64,000 nt of DNA from Paludibacteraceae bacterium (GTDB lineage: Bacteria; Bacteroidota; Bacteroidia; Bacteroidales; Paludibacteraceae). A program made the position numbers and the translations under genes. Below the pieces are notes generated by a model. The model worked only from the letters and a program-made list of their open reading frames with translations, made no database searches and was not told the origin of the DNA. This document shows, piece by piece, positions 26,570 through 36,559 of this stretch; the stretch's first letter is position 1; every line of letters starts with the position of its first letter. The stretch lies in contig JAFOYE010000012.1 of the NCBI GenBank assembly GCA_017391525.1, positions 1-64,000 of the forward strand. Direction: 5' to 3'.

Positions 26570-26917
26570 ATGAAATTCAATTTAGTACCAACTGTAATCG
26601 CTGTAGCGATATCTGGACTATGTGCATATGCTTTTTATAATTGGTGTGCTGAACCTGAAAATATACTAGTTGCTATATTTGGAGGTATCTCCATGTGTTG
26701 TACATTATCTACGGCATTGGGTTGCGTTTTCCAGAGAGAGCGTACCTCTGCAAATATAAAGATTCTTTCAGGTGTGTTTGCATTCTTGTTCTTAGTAAGC
26801 AATATTATTTTCTGCTGTTTATCAAGTTTTGCTAATCCAGTATATATTTGTGTCAATGGATTTTTGTTGTTAATTTGGTTATTATCAACTTACTCTGTTT
26901 ACAAAAGTATGAATTAA
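26570..26917 (+). CDS. small integral membrane protein (4 transmembrane segments)
   Basis: 115-aa hydrophobic ORF, 19 nt downstream of the SPFH gene and followed by a terminator. Confidence 0.45.
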   Translation: MKFNLVPTVIAVAISGLCAYAFYNWCAEPENILVAIFGGISMCCTLSTALGCVFQRERTSANIKILSGVFAFLFLVSNIIFCCLSSFANPVYICVNGFLLLIWLLSTYSVYKSMN

Positions 26918-26938
26918 ATGTCATATGAATTACCAAAA

Positions 26939-26973
26939 AGAGGAGCTAGTTTAAACTAGCTCCTCTTTTTTAT
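26939..26973 (+). terminator. rho-independent terminator
   Basis: AGAGGAGCTAGTTTAAACTAGCTCCTCT hairpin followed by a T6 run. Confidence 0.6.
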
Positions 26974-27200
26974 ATTTATGATATTAAGAATACAATGGGA
27001 TGGGAAATACACTGTATTTTGGGCCTCTACTATTGTTTGTTGTAGTGTCTACTTTTTCGATAGCAACAAAGTGATGTATTATGTGTCGCTGAATGTGTGT
27101 TTTTAAGGGGCTCAAAATTAAGTTTTATCGGTTTTTATAGATGATATTTGTTCTTGTTTAGAATGAAAATAATAAAATGTATCGGTAAATTTGAGCGAAA

Positions 27201-27232
27201 TTTGCATATCTCAAAAAAAAAGATTACCTTTG
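27201..27232 (+). promoter_or_regulatory. Bacteroidetes promoter (TTTG, then N20, then TACCTTTG)
   Basis: TTTG at 27201-27204 and TACCTTTG at 27225-27232, 24 nt before the ATG. Confidence 0.45.
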
Positions 27233-27256
27233 CACGAATATTTATAATGGATAACT

Positions 27257-28750
27257 ATGGCACAATCATTAAGTCAATTATTTTATGAGGCTACCGGCAA
27301 GAAAGCGGGGGAGCAGGTGGCGTTAACAGCATCAGGTAGCAATCGTAGATATTATCGTATATTTAGCGAGGATGGTGAGACATCCTTGATTGGCGTGCAG
27401 GGCACATCGCATGATGAAAATCATGCGTTCTTGTATATGGCAGAGCAATTCCTAGAGAAAGGACTTGATGTGCCTAAAGTGCTTGCTGTAAGCGATGATG
27501 AGATGAATTATGTACAGCAAGATTTGGGCAATGTGCTGCTATTTGATTACATAGCGGAAGGTCGTAAAACCGGCGTGTTCTCAGCTCCAGAGAAGGAGAT
27601 GTTGCGTAAGACGATGCGTGGTTTGGCTAAGTTGCAAGTTTTGGCGGCAGAGCAGTTTGACTTCAACCAATGTTATCCTCAACCAGAATTCAATCTGCGC
27701 TCTATCCTGTGGGATCTCAACTACTTCAAGTACTGCTTCTTGAAGGCTACTGGCTTGGAGTTTCAAGAAGATAAGCTGGAGAATGAGTTTGAGCGCTTGG
27801 CATATATTTTGCTTCAAAGTAAGATGACTGCATTTATGTACCGTGATTTTCAGTCGCGCAATGTGATGGTGGTGGAGAAAGTGGTGGAGAGTTCAGAGGG
27901 TTCAGAAGGTTCAGGAGGTTCAGAAGTTCGGGAGTTGGTGCCATACTTCATCGATTTTCAAGGTGGAAGAAAGGGGCCGGTGTACTATGATGTGGCATCC
28001 TTCTTGTGGCAAGCAAAGGCGAACTTCCATCCTGATTTGCGTGAGGAGTTGATAGGGGAGTATTTGGATGAGTTGCAAAAATACATGCCAGTAGACAAGG
28101 ATGAGTTCTACGAGACCTTGAAGCATTTTGTGCTTTTCCGAACGATGCAAGTGTTGGGCGCATATGGTTTCAGAGGTTACTTTGAGAAGAAACCACACTT
28201 CTTGCAATCTATTCCGTTTGCCATAGACAACCTGCGTCATCTGCTCAAGTATGCGAGCGAGGATTATCCATACTTGATTGAAGTGCTCAAGGAAATGACT
28301 GCGATGAAGCAGTTTAAGGAGGTGGGTATGCGCAAACCATTGGTGGTGCGTGTGTACAGTTTCTCGTATAAGAAGGGTATTCCTGCGGATGGATCGGGTA
28401 ATGGTGGCGGATTTGTGTTTGACTGTCGTGCGATCAATAACCCAGGTAAATACGAGCGTTACAAGTTCTTTACAGGTATGGATAAACCGGTGATTGATTT
28501 TCTGGAAGAAGATGGTGAGATTTTGCCATTCTTAGAGGAAGCATACCAAATGGTGGATTTCTCCGTGAAGCGCTATATGGATCGCGGCTTCCAGAACCTG
28601 ATGGTGTCTTTCGGTTGTACAGGTGGTCAACACCGTTCGGTGTATGCAGCGGAGCATATGGCTCAGCATATCAATGAAAAGTTCGGTGTAGAGGTACAAC
28701 TCATCCACCGTGAGCAAAATATGGAGCGTATTTTAGATAACAAAGAATAA
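27257..28750 (+). CDS. fusion protein: N-terminal aminoglycoside-phosphotransferase-fold kinase domain and C-terminal RapZ (YhbJ) C-terminal-like domain
   Basis: The N-terminus has NRRYYRIF... and an APH/choline-kinase-like layout. The C-terminus has VVRVYSFSYKKG...FVFDCRAINNPG...MVSFGCTGGQHRSVYAAEHMA, the RapZ C-domain GCTGGxHRSV signature. A Ser/Glu/Gly simple-repeat linker (SSEGSEGSGGSEV) joins them. Confidence 0.55.
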   Translation: MAQSLSQLFYEATGKKAGEQVALTASGSNRRYYRIFSEDGETSLIGVQGTSHDENHAFLYMAEQFLEKGLDVPKVLAVSDDEMNYVQQDLGNVLLFDYIAEGRKTGVFSAPEKEMLRKTMRGLAKLQVLAAEQFDFNQCYPQPEFNLRSILWDLNYFKYCFLKATGLEFQEDKLENEFERLAYILLQSKMTAFMYRDFQSRNVMVVEKVVESSEGSEGSGGSEVRELVPYFIDFQGGRKGPVYYDVASFLWQAKANFHPDLREELIGEYLDELQKYMPVDKDEFYETLKHFVLFRTMQVLGAYGFRGYFEKKPHFLQSIPFAIDNLRHLLKYASEDYPYLIEVLKEMTAMKQFKEVGMRKPLVVRVYSFSYKKGIPADGSGNGGGFVFDCRAINNPGKYERYKFFTGMDKPVIDFLEEDGEILPFLEEAYQMVDFSVKRYMDRGFQNLMVSFGCTGGQHRSVYAAEHMAQHINEKFGVEVQLIHREQNMERILDNKE

Positions 28751-28752
28751 AG

Positions 28753-29391
28753 ATGAATACCTTGTGTGCGATATTAATGACGGTATTGACTACGTTCTCG
28801 GACGGAACGTTTCATACGACCTATGAGACGTCGGTGGATGCGAACGTTAAGTCTTGCAATCAAGTGGTGGACTCTTTGATTTTTTGCTTGCAGAATAGCC
28901 CTGAAATGTTGTCTGAGCAATTCTTTGCCGGTTTGGGTAAACAAGGAGATAAGAATAAGAATGCTTTTTATCTAGTATGGAAGGAGTCGAGTTATATCCC
29001 CGAGAAACGGTATAGCAAAATTGTAATGGATGTTCTGGTGGATGAAAAACCCTACTTACGGGATGTGGTGATCGAAAGTATGGTGGTCGACTCTATGGTG
29101 GGGCAACGGCGGGATATTCGAGTAGATATTCAATATGCAGGGCACTTGTTGCAAGAAGCATATGGTACGTTTCATGTAGAACCGCTAGGCAATAAAACAG
29201 TAAAACTATCGATGGATGTGCATGTGAAGTTTGGATGGTTCTTTCGCATCTTTATATCGCAACGAATTTATCGAAATACAATTGATTGGCGTCTAGAACG
29301 ATTTGTGACGAACTTGAAATTGATGGCGGAAGGTAAACAACCAACTGATGCTTATTGGCAGCAGATTGATAAAGAAAAGAATAAGAAGTAG
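28753..29391 (+). CDS. hypothetical protein
   Basis: 212-aa ORF with good coding character. It lies 2 nt after the upstream gene, so the two are probably co-transcribed. Confidence 0.5.
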   Translation: MNTLCAILMTVLTTFSDGTFHTTYETSVDANVKSCNQVVDSLIFCLQNSPEMLSEQFFAGLGKQGDKNKNAFYLVWKESSYIPEKRYSKIVMDVLVDEKPYLRDVVIESMVVDSMVGQRRDIRVDIQYAGHLLQEAYGTFHVEPLGNKTVKLSMDVHVKFGWFFRIFISQRIYRNTIDWRLERFVTNLKLMAEGKQPTDAYWQQIDKEKNKK

Positions 29392-29402
29392 TTGTATCAC
29401 TT

Positions 29403-30503
29403 ATGGATATATTAGAACGTATAGAAGGACTAGAAGCGAAATTTCATGAGGTGAGTTTGCTGATTACTGACCCTGCTGTGATAGCAGATCAGGCTCGTTA
29501 TGTGCGACTCAATCGTGAGTATCGCGATTTGGAGCGTGTGTTGGTGTCTGCTGAGAAGTACAAGAAAGCAGTCACAGACCTCGAGGAAGCAAAATACTTA
29601 TTTCATAATGAGTCTGATAGCGACTTGCGTGAGATGGCTCGTGAAGTGATTGATGAACTAGAGCCACAGATACCTGGTCTGGAGGAAGAAGTCAAATTGA
29701 TGCTTTTGCCCCAAGATCCAGAGGATGGTAAGAACGTGGTGATGGAGATCCGTGCAGGAACCGGTGGCGATGAGGCGTCTATCTTTGCTGGTGACTTGTT
29801 CCGTATGTACACCAAGTACTTCGAAACACATGGTATGAAACATACGGTTAGTAGTTTCTCGGAAGGTGCTGTGGGTGGATTCAAGGAGATTATTTTCAAT
29901 GTGTCTGGACAGAATGTTTACGGTACCTTGAAGTATGAGTCTGGTGTACACCGTGTTCAACGCGTACCAGTGACCGAAACCCAAGGACGTGTTCACACTT
30001 CGGCTGCTACAGTGGCTGTGCTGCCAGAGGCGGATGAGTTTGAGGTGCATATCAACGAAGGTGAAATCAAATGGGAAACTTTCCGTTCTGGAGGTGCTGG
30101 AGGACAGAACGTGAACAAGGTGGAGTCCGGTGTTCGTTTACGCTACAATTGGAAGAACCCTAATACTGGTGAGATACAAGAGATACTCATTGAGTGTACT
30201 GAAACACGTGACCAACCTAAGAACAAAGAGCGTGCTCTCTCGCGCCTGCGCACGCAAATATATGATAAGGAGCATCAGAAATATATTGACGATATAGCTG
30301 CGCGTCGTAAGACCATGGTCAGTACGGGTGACCGTTCTGCTAAGATTCGTACATACAATTATCCTCAAGGACGTATCACGGATCACCGTATTGGATATAC
30401 GATATACAATTTGCCTGCATTCATGGATGGCGATATTCAAGGCGTTATCGATGCGCTCCAAGTGGCTGAGAACGCTGAAAGAATGAAGGAAAGCGAGTTA
30501 TAA
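29403..30503 (+). CDS. prfA: peptide chain release factor 1
   Basis: GGQ motif SGGAGGQNVNK and the RF1-type PVT tripeptide (VPVTETQGRVHTSAATVAVLPE). Confidence 0.85.
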   Translation: MDILERIEGLEAKFHEVSLLITDPAVIADQARYVRLNREYRDLERVLVSAEKYKKAVTDLEEAKYLFHNESDSDLREMAREVIDELEPQIPGLEEEVKLMLLPQDPEDGKNVVMEIRAGTGGDEASIFAGDLFRMYTKYFETHGMKHTVSSFSEGAVGGFKEIIFNVSGQNVYGTLKYESGVHRVQRVPVTETQGRVHTSAATVAVLPEADEFEVHINEGEIKWETFRSGGAGGQNVNKVESGVRLRYNWKNPNTGEIQEILIECTETRDQPKNKERALSRLRTQIYDKEHQKYIDDIAARRKTMVSTGDRSAKIRTYNYPQGRITDHRIGYTIYNLPAFMDGDIQGVIDALQVAENAERMKESEL

Positions 30504-30604
30504 TTTAGTTGAAAGTTGAAGGTTTAAAGTTTAAAGGATAGGAGAAGCGACGAAGTCGCATATTCATCGCCTTTACACTATACACTCTACACCATACACC
30601 AAAT

Positions 30605-31315
30605 ATGTATTTATTTTATACTCCAGATATTGACACTAGTTGTTTTCTCAGTGAGGAAGAGTCTGCTCATTGTGTACGAGTGCTGCGCTATGAGAAAGGG
30701 GATGAGATACTGCTGACCGATGGTCGTGGTAGTACGTACCAAGCGCGTATCACTAATCCACATCCTCGTCATTGTGAGTTTGAGATTATTTCACAAGAGA
30801 AGCAGGTGAAAACACACAATATCTATCTACATGTGGCTATTGCTCCAACGAAAAATATCGATCGATTAGAGTGGATGGTGGAGAAATGCACAGAGATAGG
30901 TGTAGATGAGATCACACCATTGTTGTGCCGATTCTCCGAGCGTAAGAACCTGCGCAATGACCGATTGGAAAAGATTATCCTATCGGCTGCTAAACAATCA
31001 TTGACGCCCTATCTGCCTAAACTGAATGAGTTGACCGACTTCGCTACCTTGATGCAGCAATATGGCGGAAACGAGGAGATAGACAAGTATATAGCACATT
31101 GTTATAAGGACGAGAAACGCGAGTTGAAAGATGCGCTGACGAAGAGTAGGGATGTGCTGATATTGATTGGACCAGAAGGTGATTTCTCTGAGCAAGAGGT
31201 TGAACTAGCCATCGCAAAAGGATTTGTTCCCGTTGGATTAGGTCGTTCGCGTTTGCGCACAGAAACAGCTGGAGTCGTTGCATGCCACACGGCTGTATTG
31301 TTGAATGAGGAATAG
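30605..31315 (+). CDS. rsmE: 16S rRNA (uracil1498-N3)-methyltransferase RsmE
   Basis: C-terminal LIGPEGDFSEQEVELAIAKGFVPVGLGRSRLRTETA. Confidence 0.85.
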   Translation: MYLFYTPDIDTSCFLSEEESAHCVRVLRYEKGDEILLTDGRGSTYQARITNPHPRHCEFEIISQEKQVKTHNIYLHVAIAPTKNIDRLEWMVEKCTEIGVDEITPLLCRFSERKNLRNDRLEKIILSAAKQSLTPYLPKLNELTDFATLMQQYGGNEEIDKYIAHCYKDEKRELKDALTKSRDVLILIGPEGDFSEQEVELAIAKGFVPVGLGRSRLRTETAGVVACHTAVLLNEE

Positions 31316-31324
31316 TGTTGAGAG

Positions 31325-31942
31325 ATGTTGGAGAAACTATTGCATACTGATACGGATATTCTATTGGCAATCAATGGATGGAATGCTCCATGGGCGGATA
31401 GTCTGATGTGGATCGTGTCGGAAAAGACGACATGGATTCCTCTCTATTTGTTGCTCATCGGTCTTTTAGTATGGCGTTATCGTCAACCTGCGCTGAATCC
31501 TAAATGGTCTTGGATGCAACGTATACCTCAGTATGTGGTGATCGTTGTGGTGATAAGCCTCGCTATCGGTGCTGCGGATTTCATCGCTTCGGGCATACTG
31601 AAGGACTTGGTGGCTCGTCCACGCCCTACCAGGGTTCCTGAACTAGAGGGAGTGCTGCATTTGGTGAATGATTATAGGAGTGGTCAGTTCGGATTTGTGA
31701 GCAGCCATGCTGCTACAACCATGGCGTGTGCATTGCTCTTCTCGTTGATATGGCGCAATAAAATAGCCACCATTGGCTTGATGCTTTGGGTGGCAGCTAA
31801 TTGTTATAGTCGAATGTATCTAGGTGTACATTATCCGTTAGATATATTGGGTGGATTGCTCGTGGGCGGATTGGTTGCGTATGGAGCTTATCGAGGATTG
31901 CGAGCATTGGGATTGGCTAATCCTTATCGTTCTGCTGATTAA
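31325..31942 (+). CDS. PAP2-family phosphatase (undecaprenyl-diphosphatase-like)
   Basis: KDLVARPRP ... SSHAA ... SRMYLGVHYPLDILGG, the PAP2 KxxxxxxRP / PSGH / SRxxxxxHxxxD motifs. Confidence 0.8.
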   Translation: MLEKLLHTDTDILLAINGWNAPWADSLMWIVSEKTTWIPLYLLLIGLLVWRYRQPALNPKWSWMQRIPQYVVIVVVISLAIGAADFIASGILKDLVARPRPTRVPELEGVLHLVNDYRSGQFGFVSSHAATTMACALLFSLIWRNKIATIGLMLWVAANCYSRMYLGVHYPLDILGGLLVGGLVAYGAYRGLRALGLANPYRSAD

Positions 31943-32288
31943 TCCAAATGCAAGAGTTAGGTTGGTGGTGACGAGGATGACGATCCTCTATGCATCGATT
32001 CATAAATAGGTTAAACTGCTCGGGAGTGAGGACTTTTTTGAGCTCTTCTATCGCTAGTTTCATGCACTCGAGGATCTCGGCACGCGTGTTACTGGATTTC
32101 CTTAATTCAGCATACTTGAGATGAATTATGAAGAGAGTTTCGCGCATATCATCATCCGTGATATTGAGTTCCCGCATAAGCATTTCGGTTTGTTTGCGAG
32201 CAATATCTTCTGGGGTTCGCTGCGGATGATGAGCAAACAGGGTGCCGGTGAAAGCCACAACTAATATGAAAAGTGATATACGCCTCAT
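31917..32288 (-). CDS. hypothetical periplasmic protein
   Basis: Signal peptide MRRISLFILVVAFTGTLFA. 123 aa. Its 3' end overlaps the convergent PAP2 gene by 26 nt. Confidence 0.5.
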   Translation of the reverse strand: MRRISLFILVVAFTGTLFAHHPQRTPEDIARKQTEMLMRELNITDDDMRETLFIIHLKYAELRKSSNTRAEILECMKLAIEELKKVLTPEQFNLFMNRCIEDRHPRHHQPNSCIWINQQNDKD

Positions 32289-32309
32289 GCAAATTTAACT
32301 ACAAAAATT

Positions 32310-33551
32310 ATGCCAAAAACTAATAGTAAACATTACTCTGAATGGAAAATCGCCAAAAGGTTGTATTTTTCGGAGGAAAATAACCGACGCTCTTCACGTC
32401 CTGCTGTACGTGTGGCTTTGGGTGGAATCATCATCGGTGTGATGGTGATGATATTGGCTATTGGCGTTGTAATTGGTTTCAAACAGGAAATATCGCAGAA
32501 GGTGGCAGGGTTTGGTAGTCATATTCAGGTGGTGAACTTTGAAAATAACTCCACCTATGAACTGCATCCTATCCGAGTGAATGATTCCGTCTTGGCATCC
32601 TTGAAGGAAATCGAATATGTGACACATGTGTCTACTTTTGCCACTAAACCGGGTATCATTAAAACCGATAGCACTTTCCAAGGGGTGGTGGTTAAAGGTA
32701 CGGATTATTGGGATTATTTTGTGCAGAACATCGTCGAAGGTGAATTGCCCAAAGAAGCCAATGATGTGCTATTGTCTACCGAATTGGCTCGATTGTTGTC
32801 CTTGAAGGTTGGAGATGATTTGTTGTGTTATTTCGTGGATGAAAATTTGCGTGTGCGCAAACTGAAAATAACTGGCTTGTACAATACTTGCATGCTAGAG
32901 ATGGACAAATTGTATGTCCTGAGCAACGTGGAATTGGTGCGCCAGTTGAACAAGTGGGAAGAGGGACAAGTCTCTGGTATAGAAGTGCTAGTAGATGATT
33001 TAGAATATTTGGATGAGACCACCGAAACTGTTTATTTTGCTACAGCCAATAAGCAAGATGCTGATGGCAATCTATGGTATACCCAAAATCTGCGCCAACT
33101 CAATCCGCAGATATTCGGCTGGTTAGACTTGTTGGATATGAACGTAATCATTATCATCCTATTGATGTTATGTGTGTCTGGATTTAGTATCATCACGGGA
33201 CTGGTCATACTGATTATGGATAGTGTTCGGTTGATTGGAACACTCAAGGCACTCGGTGCGAACAATGCTTTTGTACGTAGAATTTTTATCTATCAATCAT
33301 TGATGTTGATTGGCAAAGGTATAATCTGGGGAAATATTCTAGGCATTGGACTATGCGTGATACAGTATTTCACACATGCTATACCACTGGATGCAGCTAC
33401 TTACTATGTGAACTATGTACCTATTGACTTTTCTATAGGATGGTGGATTTTGTTGAACATAGGCACTTTGTTGGTTTCTTGGCTAATCTTGCTAGCTCCT
33501 TCGGCTATCGTTACGAAGATTAGTCCTGCCAAAGTGATGCAGTTTGAGTAA
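32310..33551 (+). CDS. ABC-transporter permease, FtsX/LolE family
   Basis: N-terminal transmembrane segment, MacB-like periplasmic domain, and C-terminal FtsX transmembrane bundle. Confidence 0.75.
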   Translation: MPKTNSKHYSEWKIAKRLYFSEENNRRSSRPAVRVALGGIIIGVMVMILAIGVVIGFKQEISQKVAGFGSHIQVVNFENNSTYELHPIRVNDSVLASLKEIEYVTHVSTFATKPGIIKTDSTFQGVVVKGTDYWDYFVQNIVEGELPKEANDVLLSTELARLLSLKVGDDLLCYFVDENLRVRKLKITGLYNTCMLEMDKLYVLSNVELVRQLNKWEEGQVSGIEVLVDDLEYLDETTETVYFATANKQDADGNLWYTQNLRQLNPQIFGWLDLLDMNVIIIILLMLCVSGFSIITGLVILIMDSVRLIGTLKALGANNAFVRRIFIYQSLMLIGKGIIWGNILGIGLCVIQYFTHAIPLDAATYYVNYVPIDFSIGWWILLNIGTLLVSWLILLAPSAIVTKISPAKVMQFE

Positions 33552-33554
33552 GAG

Positions 33555-34472
33555 ATGGACTTGTTGACCAAAGTAAATATCAAACCTTCGCCAAAGAAGA
33601 TCGGGTACCAAGATAAAATCTTGCTACTTGGTTCATGCTTTGCGGATAATATAGGCGAGAAGTTTAGCGAATATTATTTCCAAACGACTATCAATCCGTT
33701 TGGTACCCTGTATAATCCAGCTTCTATCCTCAATAGCCTATCGCCAGTAGCCCCTCAACAGTGGCCTATCATCTTCCACAACGGACTATGGCATTCGATG
33801 ATGCATCATGGTAGTTGCTCGCATCCAGATAAGAATAAACTAGTGCATCGCTGTGAGGAGAGTATGACCACAATGCGCAATGCCCTACAAGAGGCATCTA
33901 CTATCATCGTCACTTTGGGTACCTCGTGGGTATATGAGAAGGAAGGAATGGTTGTAGCTAACTGCCATAAACTACCTGCTAAGGAGTTTGTCCGTAGACG
34001 AATGACCGTAGAGGAGATACTACAAACATGGCAACCTCTCATTGAGCAGATGCCTGATAAATATTGGATCTTCACCGTTAGCCCTATACGCCATATCAAA
34101 GATGGACTACACGAAAATCAGATTAGCAAAGCTATCCTCCTGCAAGCCGTCGATGGTCTAGTCTCTAAGAACACAACGGTCTCCTATTTCCCTTCCTATG
34201 AGATCATGTTGGATGAGTTGCGCGATTATCGCTTCTATGCGGAAGATATGTTGCATCCTTCTGCAATGGCAGTGGAGTATATCTGGCAACGTTTTGTGGA
34301 TACTTATATGACCGATGATACCCAAAATGAAATGCGTATATTGCACCAACTCTGGCGTGACCGTCATCATCGCTTTTTGCATCCCGATATAGAGGAGGCC
34401 ATGGCTTTTGCTCAGCGCACTGAAAACCGCTTGCAGAGCTTGAAAAAACAGTATCCTTGGTTGGAAGAGTAG
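33555..34472 (+). CDS. GSCFA-family protein
   Basis: LLLGSCFADNIG motif. Confidence 0.75.
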   Translation: MDLLTKVNIKPSPKKIGYQDKILLLGSCFADNIGEKFSEYYFQTTINPFGTLYNPASILNSLSPVAPQQWPIIFHNGLWHSMMHHGSCSHPDKNKLVHRCEESMTTMRNALQEASTIIVTLGTSWVYEKEGMVVANCHKLPAKEFVRRRMTVEEILQTWQPLIEQMPDKYWIFTVSPIRHIKDGLHENQISKAILLQAVDGLVSKNTTVSYFPSYEIMLDELRDYRFYAEDMLHPSAMAVEYIWQRFVDTYMTDDTQNEMRILHQLWRDRHHRFLHPDIEEAMAFAQRTENRLQSLKKQYPWLEE

Positions 34473-34523
34473 ATTTTTTTATATTTTTTTATAAAAATAT
34501 TTGCATATGTCGCAAAAAAGTGC

Positions 34524-34531
34524 TAATTTTG
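34524..34531 (+). promoter_or_regulatory. -7 box TAATTTTG upstream of the rimP-nusA-infB operon
   Basis: TAnnTTTG motif ~85 nt before rimP. Confidence 0.35.
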
Positions 34532-34615
34532 CACCGGAAATGAATGAGGGGGCCTGAATAGGTTCCCTCGTTTGTTGGAAAATGGCGTGTAACGTCCATC
34601 AACGACGATAGATAA

Positions 34616-35095
34616 TTGATAGCGATTATGATAGAAAAACAGTATATTCAGACTCTCGTAGAAGAGAAATTGCAAGGAACAGGTTATGAGTTAATCACCT
34701 TGAAGATTAGTGCCCAAGACGATATCCTCATTGAGGTAGACAAGATGGATGGCGTAGATGTGGAGTTTTGCGGCGCATTGAACCATTATTTGGTTGAGCA
34801 ACTTGACGCCAATGGTGATTTGGACTATTCGCTAGAGGTAGGTAGTGTGAGCCTCACCGATCCTTTCAAAACCAAAATGCAGTATGAGAAGCATTTGAAC
34901 CACGATGTGGAGGTCTTGGCGGGAGATGGCAAGAAATATAGAGGAGTACTTGTTAGCGTGGATGAAACAACTTTTGCTATTGATACCGAAGTGATGGTGC
35001 AAGTAGAAGGTAAGAAACGCAAACAAAAAGAAATCCAAACACTGACCTTCGCCTACGACGCAGTCAAGTACACCAAGTACGATCTGAAATTCTAA
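34616..35095 (+). CDS. rimP: ribosome maturation factor RimP
   Basis: RimP N- and C-domain pattern. The canonical rimP-nusA-infB order supports the call. Confidence 0.8.
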   Translation: MIAIMIEKQYIQTLVEEKLQGTGYELITLKISAQDDILIEVDKMDGVDVEFCGALNHYLVEQLDANGDLDYSLEVGSVSLTDPFKTKMQYEKHLNHDVEVLAGDGKKYRGVLVSVDETTFAIDTEVMVQVEGKKRKQKEIQTLTFAYDAVKYTKYDLKF

Positions 35096-35150
35096 CCTTT
35101 AGAACCCTAGAACTTTAAAACTTTTGAAACTTATAGAACTTTAAATAGAT

Positions 35151-36407
35151 ATGGCAACAAAAAAACAAGAGTCAATCAACTTGATTGACAATTTCTCAGA
35201 GTTCAAAGAACTCAAAAACATTGACCGCCAAACATTCATCAATGTTGTGGAGGATTCTTTTCGTAATGTGATTACCAAAATGTATGGTACAGCAGCCAAC
35301 TACGATGTGATCATCAACCCTGATAAAGGTGATTTGGAGATCTATCGTAACCGCCTCGTGATGGAGGATGATGATGTGGCTAATGAGAATACCCAAATCG
35401 GTCTTACTGACGCTTTGGCTCTCGACGACGAAGCTGAGATCGGCGAGGAAGTAACCGACAAAGTAGACCTCTCTACTTTCGGTCGTCGTATGATCTTGAA
35501 CCTTCGCCAAACATTGGCTAGCCGTATCCTCGATCTCCAAAAGGAGAGCCTCTACTTGCGTTATAGCGAGATGCTCGGCCAAGTAGTTAGCGGCGAGCTT
35601 TACCAAGTATGGAAACGTGAGATGTTGCTCCTCGATGAGGATGGCAACGAGCTCTACTTGCCTAAGCAAAACCAAATCCCTAGCGACTTCTACCGCAAAG
35701 GTGACACCGTACGCGCGGTCGTGGTACAAGTGGATAACAAGAACCAAAATCCTAAGATCATCCTTTCTCGTACTTCACCATTGTTCCTCCAACGTCTCTT
35801 CGAACAAGAGGTACCTGAGGTACACGATGGTTTGATTGCTATCAAGAATATTGCACGTATCCCAGGTGAGCGTGCTAAAGTGGCTGTTGAGTCTTTTGAC
35901 GATCGCATTGATCCAGTAGGTGCTTGCGTGGGTATCAAGGGTGCTCGTATCCATGGTATCGTGCGTGAGTTGCGCAACGAGAACATCGACGTTATCCACT
36001 ACACTTCTAACATCAACCTCTACGTACAACGTGCTTTGGCACCAGCTAAGATTTCTTCTATGACCGTTAACGAGGAGGAGAAGAAGGTAGATGTATACTT
36101 GCAACCAGATGAGGTGTCATTGGCTATCGGTAAAGGTGGTTACAACATCAAGTTGGCTAGCATGTTGACTGGCTACCAAATCGATGTATATCGTGAGATG
36201 GATGAGGCTGATAACGAGGATATCTATTTGGACGAGTTCAACGACGAGATCGATCAATGGGTGATCGATGCATTCAAGGCTATCGGATGGGATACTGCTA
36301 AGGCAGTCTTGGCTGTTTCTAAAGACGAGATCATGAAGCGTGTAGACCTTGAAGAAGAGACCGTAGACGAGGTTCTCGCTATCCTCGCAGCAGAATTTGA
36401 AGACTAA
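35151..36407 (+). CDS. nusA: transcription termination/antitermination factor NusA
   Basis: S1 domain, two KH domains and an acidic C-terminus. Confidence 0.95.
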   Translation: MATKKQESINLIDNFSEFKELKNIDRQTFINVVEDSFRNVITKMYGTAANYDVIINPDKGDLEIYRNRLVMEDDDVANENTQIGLTDALALDDEAEIGEEVTDKVDLSTFGRRMILNLRQTLASRILDLQKESLYLRYSEMLGQVVSGELYQVWKREMLLLDEDGNELYLPKQNQIPSDFYRKGDTVRAVVVQVDNKNQNPKIILSRTSPLFLQRLFEQEVPEVHDGLIAIKNIARIPGERAKVAVESFDDRIDPVGACVGIKGARIHGIVRELRNENIDVIHYTSNINLYVQRALAPAKISSMTVNEEEKKVDVYLQPDEVSLAIGKGGYNIKLASMLTGYQIDVYREMDEADNEDIYLDEFNDEIDQWVIDAFKAIGWDTAKAVLAVSKDEIMKRVDLEEETVDEVLAILAAEFED

Positions 36408-36559
36408 TTAAGTATAAATAATAAACCCCCTCCGACGGCAAGGAGGAGTCTCCCTCGAAAACATCCGAGAAGCTCGTGGCTTCGAGGATAGAGTGGAGGC
36501 ATCAAGCGCCCTAACGACGACGTGGTCGTCGGTCAATGCGCGAGATTGCCGAACACGAT

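Noticed and set aside
36408-36559. possible structured leader or attenuator between nusA and infB (CGACGACGTGGTCGTCG palindrome)
   Set aside because: It is a short hairpin without a following T-run, inside a canonical co-transcribed operon. The evidence is insufficient to call a regulatory element.
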